Source: Alphaproteobacteria bacterium (GTDB taxonomy: Bacteria > Pseudomonadota > Alphaproteobacteria > SHVV01). From it: a DNA stretch of 64,000 nt. The stretch spans positions 1,920,001-1,984,000 of the forward strand of contig OZ253470.1 in NCBI GenBank assembly GCA_965261735.1, read 5' to 3'. The notes below the pieces were generated by a model that did not search any database, had not been told where the DNA came from, and saw nothing but the letters and a program-made list of their open reading frames with translations. The position numbers were made by a program, and so were the translations under genes. Positions 9,702 to 18,603 of this stretch are shown piece by piece. Within the stretch, counting starts at the first letter, position 1. Each line of letters begins with the position of its first letter.

Positions 9702-10041
9702 TGCTGGACGACGGATATCGCACCCATAATGAGCAATGGGCGCAAATCGCGCTGTCCCATGGCTTGGTGACGTTGCATGTCACCAAGCCGTAATCCGAGT
9801 CAGATCTTCCGGGCGCGACCGTCGGGGCACCGCTCCCGACCGCGCAGGCACTACTAATAACCTGGCCCGCATGGGCCGGAGCGCATTGGCCTGGATCTGG
9901 TGGTACGGACTTGACTACCCGGCCACTAATCCAACCAAATCAGACTAAACCCAGCGAAACAAGCATCATTTCCGTTTACTCCGGGTCGATTGGGTGAGAT
10001 ACTCAACTCTTAAATTAGGCTGCCTGTTGAAAGGCCGCACC

Positions 10042-10293
10042 ATGTCCGACCGCTGGGTCTCCGTCGAGGAGATCGCTGAGTATCTCGGTGTCAGCAAAGA
10101 CACGGTCTATGGGTGGATCGCGAAGAAAGACATGCCGGCCCATAAGGTCGGGAGGCTTTGGAAGTTCAAGACCGACGAAGTCGATGACTGGGTAAGGCAC
10201 GGAAAAGCATCGGAGGATCACAAGGGAAGCGAGGCGGCCGAGCCCATTCCACAGAAGGGGAAGCATGCGCGAGGAGAGAAAGCGGATGGCTGA
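10042..10293 (+). CDS. excisionase-like (HTH_17) DNA-binding protein
   Basis: MSDRWVSVEEIAEYLGVSKDTVYGWI..MPAHKVGRLWKF..EVDDWV. Confidence 0.9.
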   Translation: MSDRWVSVEEIAEYLGVSKDTVYGWIAKKDMPAHKVGRLWKFKTDEVDDWVRHGKASEDHKGSEAAEPIPQKGKHARGEKADG

Positions 10294-11383
10294 TGTCGCG
10301 TGCGTCGATCTTTTCTGTGGGGCTGGGGGCCTCACCCATGGCCTAATTTCGGAAGGCATCAAGGTCGTCGCGGGCATAGACGTCGATGAAGCATGCCGTC
10401 ATCCCTTCGAAGCCAACAACGCAGCGCGATTCATCAATGAAGACGTCGGGCGCCTAGCTCCGAAGCGCCTCAACGAGTTGTTCGGTGCTGCTGAAATCCG
10501 AGTACTCGCCGGCTGCGCCCCCTGCCAGCCATTCTCTACCTATGCCCAGCGCTACGATGTCGTTGGGAGCCCCCGTTGGGGCCTGCTCTACCAGTTCGGA
10601 CACCTGATTAAAGCTACACGTCCAGACCTGGTCACGATGGAGAATGTTCCGTCGGTGGCCAAGCACGCGGTGTTCGACGATTTCGTCGAGACGCTGCAGA
10701 AAATGGGATACCACGTCCACCACGGGGTGGTTGATTGCTCCCTTTATGGGCTGCCGCAGAACCGGCGACGCATGGTGCTGCTCGCCTCCCGCCTCGGTTC
10801 CATCGAACTGGTCGCCCCGACACATGCTCGCCCGACGACCGTTCGCGCGGCGATCGGCAAACTCGCGCTGATCGCTCAGGGTGGGGCCCATGCTAAGGAT
10901 CCGCTGCATACCGCGTCCAAGCTCTCCGACCTGAATCTTGAAAGAATTTGTGCCTCCCGACCGGGCGGTACATGGCGGGACTGGCCCAAGCATCTCGTCG
11001 CCGACTGCCATCGGCGTGAGACGGGCCATACCTATCCGGGCGTCTATGGCCGGATGGTATGGGATGAGCCCGCTCCGACTTTGACGACCCAGTTCTACGG
11101 CTTCGGGAACGGCCGGTTCGGACATCCCGAACAGGATCGCGCCATCTCCCTGCGAGAAGGGGCAATTCTTCAAGGCTTCCCCAAGTCCTATTCCTTCATA
11201 CCCGACGGGGCTCCCGTTCATTTTAAGGCCTTGGGGCGGATGATCGGGAACGCGGTACCGGTCAGGCTCGGTAAGGTGATCGGCCAAAGCATCGCGACTC
11301 ATCTCAGTATCGATTCCGAGAAGACGAAAGGAAAGATGAAGGGAGACGTCGCGAATGTCGCGCGTAAGTCCCTCGTCGCATGA
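10286..11383 (+). CDS. dcm: DNA (cytosine-5) methyltransferase
   Basis: DLFCGAGG, PCQPFS, ENV, PQNRRR, GNAVP motifs; GAGGAG RBS. Confidence 0.95.
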   Translation: MADVACVDLFCGAGGLTHGLISEGIKVVAGIDVDEACRHPFEANNAARFINEDVGRLAPKRLNELFGAAEIRVLAGCAPCQPFSTYAQRYDVVGSPRWGLLYQFGHLIKATRPDLVTMENVPSVAKHAVFDDFVETLQKMGYHVHHGVVDCSLYGLPQNRRRMVLLASRLGSIELVAPTHARPTTVRAAIGKLALIAQGGAHAKDPLHTASKLSDLNLERICASRPGGTWRDWPKHLVADCHRRETGHTYPGVYGRMVWDEPAPTLTTQFYGFGNGRFGHPEQDRAISLREGAILQGFPKSYSFIPDGAPVHFKALGRMIGNAVPVRLGKVIGQSIATHLSIDSEKTKGKMKGDVANVARKSLVA

Positions 11384-11795
11384 GGCCAGCCGTCGAATGG
11401 CCCGCGTGCGGCAGAAAGGCACGCGAGCGGAGATCGACCTTCGCAAAGTTCTGTATGCCAGGGGCCTGCGCTATCGCCTGCAGGTGGCGTTGCTGAAGAA
11501 CCCCCGACGCGTCGCGGATATCGTCTTCTCCAGTGCGCGGATAGCCGTGTTCGTCGACGGATGCTTCTGGCATGGCTGTTCCGAGCACGCTTCGTGGCCA
11601 AAGAGCAATGCCAATTTCTGGCGCGAAAAGATCGAAACCAATCGGTCGAGGGATGCCGATACCGATCGGAGGCTTGATGCCCTTGGTTGGAAGGTCGTCC
11701 GGATCTGGGAACACGAAGACGCCAGCGAAGCCGCGAACCGCATCGCCGAGCTAGTCGACGCACGCAAGAAGAATGGGACTGGCCAATGTCGATGA
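11355..11795 (+). CDS. vsr: very short patch repair endonuclease
   Basis: SRRMARVRQKGTRAE..DIVF..VFVDGCFWHGC..FWREKIETN..GWKVVRIWEHE. Confidence 0.95.
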   Translation: MSRVSPSSHEASRRMARVRQKGTRAEIDLRKVLYARGLRYRLQVALLKNPRRVADIVFSSARIAVFVDGCFWHGCSEHASWPKSNANFWREKIETNRSRDADTDRRLDALGWKVVRIWEHEDASEAANRIAELVDARKKNGTGQCR

Positions 11796-14700
11796 CCGCG
11801 GATGAAATGGTGGCCGAGGTCGCTCACGCGACTGCCCCCGAGCCGGGCCAGCTGGTCGAGGCTCGTCGCCGCCAATGGATAGTCTCCGAGGTCGATGGAG
11901 GTTCGGTTGCACCCGGACTCCCCAAGTGGCATCTCGTCCGCTTGGCTTCAATCGACGAGGACGCGCTGGGCGAAGAAATCGAAGTTCTCTGGGAGCTCGA
12001 GCCGGGGGCGCATGTTATCGAGCGGGCCGGGCTGCCGCGCATGACCGGGCTGGATGACCCCTCGACGCTTCAAGCCTTCCTCGATGCGGTGGTTTGGGGC
12101 GCTGCAACGAACGCGGATCGCGGCTATCTGCAGGCACCATTCCGCAGCGGCGTCAGCATAGAGGACTACCAGCTGGACCCGCTCGTGCGCGCGATCGACA
12201 TGGCGCGCACCAATCTGCTGATCGCCGACGACGTCGGCCTCGGGAAAACCATTGAGGCCGGACTCGTCGTTCAAGAGATGCTGCTGCGGCATCGTGCCCG
12301 CACCGTTCTCGTGCTTTGCCCGGCCTCGTTGCAGGAAAAGTGGCGCGTCGAGATGCAGGAGAAGTTCGGGCTCGAGTTCCGGATCGTCGACACGGAATAC
12401 GTCAAGCGCCTGCGCCGGGAAAGGGGCCTGCACGCCAATCCGTGGACGTCTTTTCCCCGCCTGATCACTTCGATGGACTGGGCCAAGCAAGGCGAAGGCC
12501 TCCGTCTCCTGCGCGATGCGCTGCCTCCGCACGTGAGCCATCCCCGAAAGTTTGACCTGTTGATCATCGATGAGGCCCATAACGTCGCCCCCACTGTCGG
12601 CCGTTATGCTGTCGAAAGCCTCAGGACACGGCTGGTCCGTCTGGCCGCGCCACACTTCCAGCACAAGCTGTTTCTCACCGCCACGCCGCACGACGGTTAC
12701 ATAGAATCCTTCACCGCTCTGCTCGAGCTCCTAGATGATCAACGGTTCGCGAGAAACGTCCTCCCAAGCGACCCGCAGCTCGCCCGGGTCATGGTCCGCC
12801 GGCTGAAGAGCGATCTCGTCGATGCGAATGGCAAGCGCATCTACCCCGAGAGGCGCCTGGAAGTGCTGCAGATCGATTATTCGGATGAAGAGAGGGATGC
12901 TCGGCGGCAGCTCGAAGCATACATCAAGAGTCGCGAAAGCGGGGCTGATGGTGGGCGTGCCGTCGATCACTTCGTGCACCAATTGCTGCGCAAGCGCCTC
13001 TCATCGTCTCCCGCGGCATTCGCAGCCACGCTGGAACGGCATATCGCGACGATCGAAGGTCGGGCGTCGAGCCAGCGCAGCCAGAAGAAATTCGATGATC
13101 GTATCCTTCGGCGGGCGATAGCGAAGACCGAAGAGGACTACGCAGACGACGCCCAGCGGGACGCCGCCGAAGCAGAAGCTATCGAGGAAGCCGGGAAATA
13201 CGTTCGACCGCCAACCGACGAAGAACGCCAGATGCTCGACCGGTTGCGCTCATGGGCCCAGCAGGCGGCTCGCCGAACGGATGCCAAGGCCAGTGCTTTG
13301 CTGGACTGGCTTGCCAAGCACCTAAAGGACGGTGACCGCTGGACGAACGAACGGGTGATCCTGTTCACCGAATACCGCGCCACTCAGCAATGGATGCAAG
13401 AGATCCTCGCCGCCCAAGGTTTCGGGGCTGAGCGACTGGCTCTGATATACGGCGGCATGGATCCGAAGGAGCGCGAGGCCGTGAAAGCCGCGTTCCAGGC
13501 CAATCCCTCGGAATCCCCTGTGAGGATCCTCTTAGCGACGGACGCTGCGTCGGAGGGAATCGATCTCCAGAACCATTGCCACCTGATGATCCACCTCGAA
13601 ATTCCCTACAACCCAAACGTGATGGAGCAGCGGAACGGCCGTATCGACCGGCACGGTCAACGCGCCAGCGAGGTCGTCATCTGGCACCCGGTGGACGCCG
13701 AGGGTGGCCACGGAGACGACATCCTGCGTGCCCTCCGGAAGCTGGATGCGATGCGTGCCGACATGGGGAGCGTCAACCCGGTCATCGCGCCTCAACTGCC
13801 AGACCTACTCGAGGGTCGCCGCCGCGAACTCGACACGCGACAGGCCGAGGCCCGGATTGAGAAGTCTCGTCGTTTTGTGAAGGCCGAGCGCGATCTTCGC
13901 GATCGTGTTGCCAAACTCCATGAGCGGCTGAACGAGACTCGGCGCGAGCAGAGTTTGGTGCCCGATAACATCGAACGGGCCGTGCGTACCGCCCTGCGTC
14001 TCGCCGACAAGCCCGACTTGGAACCCGTCTCCCTATCGGGAACACCGGATGGGACCGTCTTTCGTATGCCGCCCTTGTCGGGGTCATGGTCCCGATGCCT
14101 GGAGGGGCTCGAACATCCCTATACCCAGAAGATACGCCCCATCACCTTCGACCACGATGTCGCCAAGGGACGTGACGACGTGGTTCTCGTCCATCTGAAC
14201 CACCGTCTGGTCCAAATGAGCCTCCGCCTCCTGCGTGCGGAAATCTGGGCGCGAGACGACGTGAAGAAGCTGCACCGTTTCACCGTTCGCTCGTTACCGG
14301 ATGGGCGGATCGAGGGACCGGCGGTGGTCGTGATGTCGCGGCTGGTCGTGACCGGCGGGAACCATCACCGTCTGCACGAGGAACTCACCGAGGCTGGGGG
14401 GTATCTCCGCGATACCGGCTTCCGGCGGGAGGACAGGGTTACGGAGGTCCGCCGCTGGCTCAAGGAATCGCAACCCGCAGCCCTGTCGGATTCGACGTTC
14501 GACGCCTTGCGGACCCGCTTCGATAAGCAGCGTGATTCCGTTCTGGCCGCCGTCGAGGCGCGCTCGAAGGACCGATTGCGCTTCCTCGTGAACACGATCG
14601 ATACCCGGAAGCGCAAGGAGGCCGACGACATCCGCCAGGTACTGGACGATCTCGAACGAGCGCTGAAGACCGAGATCGCCGCAGAACAGCAACCCTTGCA

Positions 14701-14905
14701 GCTTTCTCTGTTCTCCGAAGACGAACGCAGCCAGCTCAAGCGTGACCGGGCGGCCCTCGAAGCGCGCCTGGCCAGAATCCCGAAGGAGCGCGAGCAGGAA
14801 CTGCGCGCGATCGAGGAACGGCACTCCAATGCCGTCGAGCATACCTTCCCAGTGGCCGTCATTCTGTTGGTGCCAAACTCCCTCGCGACGGAGAAGCGCG
14901 GATGA
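11792..14905 (+). CDS. drmD: DISARM SNF2-like helicase DrmD
   Basis: LIADDVGLGKT, DEAH, LTATPH, TDAASEGIDLQ, EQRNGRIDRHGQ; ATGA overlap with vsr; operon order. Confidence 0.92.
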   Translation: MTADEMVAEVAHATAPEPGQLVEARRRQWIVSEVDGGSVAPGLPKWHLVRLASIDEDALGEEIEVLWELEPGAHVIERAGLPRMTGLDDPSTLQAFLDAVVWGAATNADRGYLQAPFRSGVSIEDYQLDPLVRAIDMARTNLLIADDVGLGKTIEAGLVVQEMLLRHRARTVLVLCPASLQEKWRVEMQEKFGLEFRIVDTEYVKRLRRERGLHANPWTSFPRLITSMDWAKQGEGLRLLRDALPPHVSHPRKFDLLIIDEAHNVAPTVGRYAVESLRTRLVRLAAPHFQHKLFLTATPHDGYIESFTALLELLDDQRFARNVLPSDPQLARVMVRRLKSDLVDANGKRIYPERRLEVLQIDYSDEERDARRQLEAYIKSRESGADGGRAVDHFVHQLLRKRLSSSPAAFAATLERHIATIEGRASSQRSQKKFDDRILRRAIAKTEEDYADDAQRDAAEAEAIEEAGKYVRPPTDEERQMLDRLRSWAQQAARRTDAKASALLDWLAKHLKDGDRWTNERVILFTEYRATQQWMQEILAAQGFGAERLALIYGGMDPKEREAVKAAFQANPSESPVRILLATDAASEGIDLQNHCHLMIHLEIPYNPNVMEQRNGRIDRHGQRASEVVIWHPVDAEGGHGDDILRALRKLDAMRADMGSVNPVIAPQLPDLLEGRRRELDTRQAEARIEKSRRFVKAERDLRDRVAKLHERLNETRREQSLVPDNIERAVRTALRLADKPDLEPVSLSGTPDGTVFRMPPLSGSWSRCLEGLEHPYTQKIRPITFDHDVAKGRDDVVLVHLNHRLVQMSLRLLRAEIWARDDVKKLHRFTVRSLPDGRIEGPAVVVMSRLVVTGGNHHRLHEELTEAGGYLRDTGFRREDRVTEVRRWLKESQPAALSDSTFDALRTRFDKQRDSVLAAVEARSKDRLRFLVNTIDTRKRKEADDIRQVLDDLERALKTEIAAEQQPLQLSLFSEDERSQLKRDRAALEARLARIPKEREQELRAIEERHSNAVEHTFPVAVILLVPNSLATEKRG

Positions 14906-17900
14906 GCAACGATCACGAATGGATGAACCTCATCGAAGCCTCCGGGCCTTTCCTAGCGGTGCCCGTACTAAGGGATGTCTTTCCCCAAGGTCTCGAAGCT
15001 CTGCCTTCTGGGCGACCCCAGCGGCTGCGTCGAACGTATGAGGAATGGCGCGATGCAGTCGACATGGACGACCTCGACCTTTCGGCCCTGCACACTGCCT
15101 GGATCGACGACGTGCTGCTCACTGCGCTGGAGATGGATGAGATGGTGTTGCGCAAGGGCGCGACCCTGCCCGAGCGCCTGACGGTCTCGATGCCTGAACA
15201 CGGGGTCACGGTCGCGCCCGATCTGGCGGTCGTGAACCAGACGAACTCCGACGAACCGCTCCTGCTCATCCACGTCTACGAGCCCGACACCGATCTCGAC
15301 GCGACGCGCCGCTTCGATGGCCTCGCAATCACACCGGCCGACCGGATGGTCGCTCTGCTCCGGGCGACGGGATGCCCCACTGGCATCGTGACCAATGGTG
15401 AGCGCTGGATGCTCGTCCACGCGCCCGTCGGCACCGTGGCAGGCTTCGCGAGCTGGTATTCTCGCCTTTGGGGCCAGGAGCCGGAAACACTGCGCGCCTT
15501 CGTCAGCCTTCTGGGCGTCCGTCGATTCTTCGGCCCGGATGATGGCAAGCTGCCTGCGCTCTACGAACGGTCTCTGAAACACCAGGACGACGTGACCGAA
15601 GCACTGGGCGAACAGGTCCGGCGCGCAGTCGAAGTGCTCGTCCAGGCTCTCGATCGCGCCGACCAGGACCGCAATCGCGATCTCCTGCGCGACGTCGATC
15701 CGCGCGAGCTCTACGAGGCCGGCCTCACGGTCATGATGCGGCTCGTCTTTCTGCTGGCTGCAGAAGAACGCGCCCTGCTGCTGCTCGGCGATCCCCGCTA
15801 CGACTCCTTTTATGCCATCTCCAGCCTGCGGATGCAGTTGCGTGCGGATTCCGAAGAGATCCTCGAGCATCGCCGGTCCGCTTGGTCGCGGTTGCTCGCC
15901 CTGTTTCGTGGCGTCTATGGAGGCATCGACCATCCGACGCTGCGCCTTCCGGCGCTCGGTGGTTCGCTGTTCGATCCCGATCGCTATCCCTTCCTCGAAG
16001 GACGCAAGAAGGAGACGAGCTGGCGAAGTGATCCGGCCGAGCCGCTGCCGATCGACGACCGAACAGTTCTGCTCCTGCTGGAAGCGATCCAGACCTTCGA
16101 AGGCCGCACGCTCTCCTATCGCGCGCTCGACGTGGAGCAGATCGGCCACGTTTACGAGGGTCTGCTCGAACGGACGGTGAAACGCGTCGAGGACGTGACG
16201 CTCGAACTCGATAGCGGCGCAAAGACCAAGAGCCCGCGCGTGACGCTCGGCGAGATGGAGTCGGCACGCCTGGACGGCCCGGCGAGGGTCACCGAACTGT
16301 TGAAGGAGCGGAGCGAACGCTCGGAGTCCGCCATTCGCAACGCCCTGGAGCGGGCGACCGACGACCGTCTTGCCGCGCGCCTGCTCACCGTTTGCCGCGG
16401 TGACATCGGTCTGCGCGACCGCATCCTGCCTTACGCAGCCCTGCTGCGGACGGACCCTTGGGGCTATCCGCTCGTCCATCACAAGGGCGCCTTCGTCGTC
16501 GTCCTTGGCGCCGATCGGCGCGAGAGCGGCACGCACTACACGCCGAAGAGCCTGACTGAGAAGATCGTCGAGGAAACCCTCACGCCGGTCGCCTATCGTG
16601 GACCAGCCGATGGCAAGGCGCCCGAGGAATGGGAGTTGAAGAGCGCCGAGGAACTCCTGGATCTCAAGATCTGCGATCCTGCCATGGGCTCTGGTGCTTT
16701 TCTCGTTGAGGCCTGCCGCTGGCTCTCCGACCGGCTGGTCGAGGCCTGGTCGGTGACCGAGAAGAGTGGCAGGCGGATCGACAGCGAGGGCCGCATCGTC
16801 GAACAGGGGGATATCGCGGGGTTCGAGCGCCTGACGCAGGATGCCGAAGAGCGTGCGATCCTCGCTCGGCGTCTCATTGCTGAGCGATGCCTCTATGGCG
16901 TGGATCGCAACCCGCTCGCGGTCGAACTGGCCAAGCTCTCGCTCTGGCTGACGACGATGTCCAAGGGGCGGCCCTTCGGTTTCCTCGACCACAACCTGCG
17001 CAGCGGCGACAGCCTTCTCGGCATTCACGACCTCGGTCAGCTCGTCGAACTCGACATGACGCCGAAGGGTACAAAACAGCTCAGGCTGTTCGGGAGGGGT
17101 ATCCAGGCGGCGGTGGAAGAGGCGATCGCCTTGCGAATGCGCCTAAGGGCCATCCCCATCCGGGATATGCGGGATGTGGAAGCAATGTCTGCGCTCGACA
17201 CAGAGTCCAAAGCGGTATTGCAGAGGCCAATTCTGGTTGCGGACAAGTTACTCAGAATATCTATTGATCTCTCAAAAAAATCCCGTGTGCTCCGAGCTGA
17301 ACTGCAGGTCCTCGCATCCAATGCGGATGATCTATTCTCGCGAGAGAATAATCCATCAAGATACGAGGAAGAGAATTTCTTTCACTGGCCTTTGGAGTTT
17401 CCAGAGGTGTTCATGATAGGCAGCTGTGGATTTGATGCAGTTATAGGCAACCCACCTTATGTCAACGCGGTCGTACAGTCTGATGCCGATGTCACCGGCA
17501 ATCTAAAAAAGTTTTTTGCGAGCAATTACGAGTCCGCCACGGGAAGCTATGACCTCTACGTTCTGTTCTTTGAGCGTGCGATGCACGTCAGCGCAAGCGC
17601 TGGCACTGTTGGCTTCATAGTTCCAAATAAAATACTTAGCGCTGAGTATGCAGAATCTCTCAGGAAGATTCTTGTGAGGGATGCCGAGATACAATCAATC
17701 TCCGACTACTCATCAATCAGAGTATTCTCGGCAAGCGTGTATCCAGTCGTGCTCGTTCTTAGGCTCCTAAAGACACACGCCGATGCTTTTGTAGAGGTGG
17801 TGCAAAAGAGTCCACGTCAGCCTGTGAGGCAATCCGCCTTCGCGAATGCACCGTCCTGTCTTTGGGGATTCATCCTAACAGATTTCGCCGAAATCATTGA

Positions 17901-18597
17901 AACTGCGCTGGTTGACACTGTCGAGCTAGGTACAAGAGCCTCAGTTTCGGGCGCAGCGACCGTCGCAGAAGCATACGAATTGATTTCCGCTCTAGAGGAA
18001 TCTGACACGCAGGAAATCCCGTCGGGCTTCAGCAAGTTTGTTGTTAGCGGAAACATTCGGCCATTTCGCGTCACATGGGAAGATGCGCCGGTACAATATC
18101 TGAAACGGCGCTACACGAAGCCAATTGCCAACCTAACCGCTATCCCTGAAAAGCGACGTAATCAGGCGTTGAAGCCAAAGATAATTATTTCTGGAATGGC
18201 CAAGCGACCTGTCGCGTTTGAAGATTCAAAGGGTGAATATTTATCTGGCAAGTCTACTGTTATCATTATTGACTCCAAAGATGGCATAAACCTTAAGACC
18301 ATTACCGCTGTGTTAAATTCAAAACTTGGGTCCCTCATCTACTTCGGGCTTTATAGCGGCCTTGCTCTATCTGGAGGCTACCTAAGATTTGGCCCGCCTC
18401 AGATATCAGCTTTCCCAATACCTAAAGACCTGGAATCGACGATTTCCCACGAAGAGGCCGTTGAAGATCTCGAGACGCTGATCTGCCAAGCCTACTCCGT
18501 TGATGTCGCCAGTGTTGAATCGGCATTTGAAAGAAACTTCGGGGAAGTTGGTGACCAAGACAGCTCTCTGCCTGAGGACGACGGAGATGAAGGGTAG
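14902..18597 (+). CDS. drmMI: DISARM N6-adenine methyltransferase DrmMI
   Basis: GTHYTP, DPAMGSGAFL, NLRSGDSLLG, GFDAVIGNPPY; located between drmD and drmA. Confidence 0.9.
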   Translation: MSNDHEWMNLIEASGPFLAVPVLRDVFPQGLEALPSGRPQRLRRTYEEWRDAVDMDDLDLSALHTAWIDDVLLTALEMDEMVLRKGATLPERLTVSMPEHGVTVAPDLAVVNQTNSDEPLLLIHVYEPDTDLDATRRFDGLAITPADRMVALLRATGCPTGIVTNGERWMLVHAPVGTVAGFASWYSRLWGQEPETLRAFVSLLGVRRFFGPDDGKLPALYERSLKHQDDVTEALGEQVRRAVEVLVQALDRADQDRNRDLLRDVDPRELYEAGLTVMMRLVFLLAAEERALLLLGDPRYDSFYAISSLRMQLRADSEEILEHRRSAWSRLLALFRGVYGGIDHPTLRLPALGGSLFDPDRYPFLEGRKKETSWRSDPAEPLPIDDRTVLLLLEAIQTFEGRTLSYRALDVEQIGHVYEGLLERTVKRVEDVTLELDSGAKTKSPRVTLGEMESARLDGPARVTELLKERSERSESAIRNALERATDDRLAARLLTVCRGDIGLRDRILPYAALLRTDPWGYPLVHHKGAFVVVLGADRRESGTHYTPKSLTEKIVEETLTPVAYRGPADGKAPEEWELKSAEELLDLKICDPAMGSGAFLVEACRWLSDRLVEAWSVTEKSGRRIDSEGRIVEQGDIAGFERLTQDAEERAILARRLIAERCLYGVDRNPLAVELAKLSLWLTTMSKGRPFGFLDHNLRSGDSLLGIHDLGQLVELDMTPKGTKQLRLFGRGIQAAVEEAIALRMRLRAIPIRDMRDVEAMSALDTESKAVLQRPILVADKLLRISIDLSKKSRVLRAELQVLASNADDLFSRENNPSRYEEENFFHWPLEFPEVFMIGSCGFDAVIGNPPYVNAVVQSDADVTGNLKKFFASNYESATGSYDLYVLFFERAMHVSASAGTVGFIVPNKILSAEYAESLRKILVRDAEIQSISDYSSIRVFSASVYPVVLVLRLLKTHADAFVEVVQKSPRQPVRQSAFANAPSCLWGFILTDFAEIIETALVDTVELGTRASVSGAATVAEAYELISALEESDTQEIPSGFSKFVVSGNIRPFRVTWEDAPVQYLKRRYTKPIANLTAIPEKRRNQALKPKIIISGMAKRPVAFEDSKGEYLSGKSTVIIIDSKDGINLKTITAVLNSKLGSLIYFGLYSGLALSGGYLRFGPPQISAFPIPKDLESTISHEEAVEDLETLICQAYSVDVASVESAFERNFGEVGDQDSSLPEDDGDEG

Positions 18598-18603
18598 CTC
18601 TAT

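Noticed and set aside
14968-17028. Long antisense ORFs (also 1059-2018, 19669-21219, 51153-52514, 62084-63190)
   Set aside because: Shadow ORFs opposite real GC-rich genes, with no motifs of their own.
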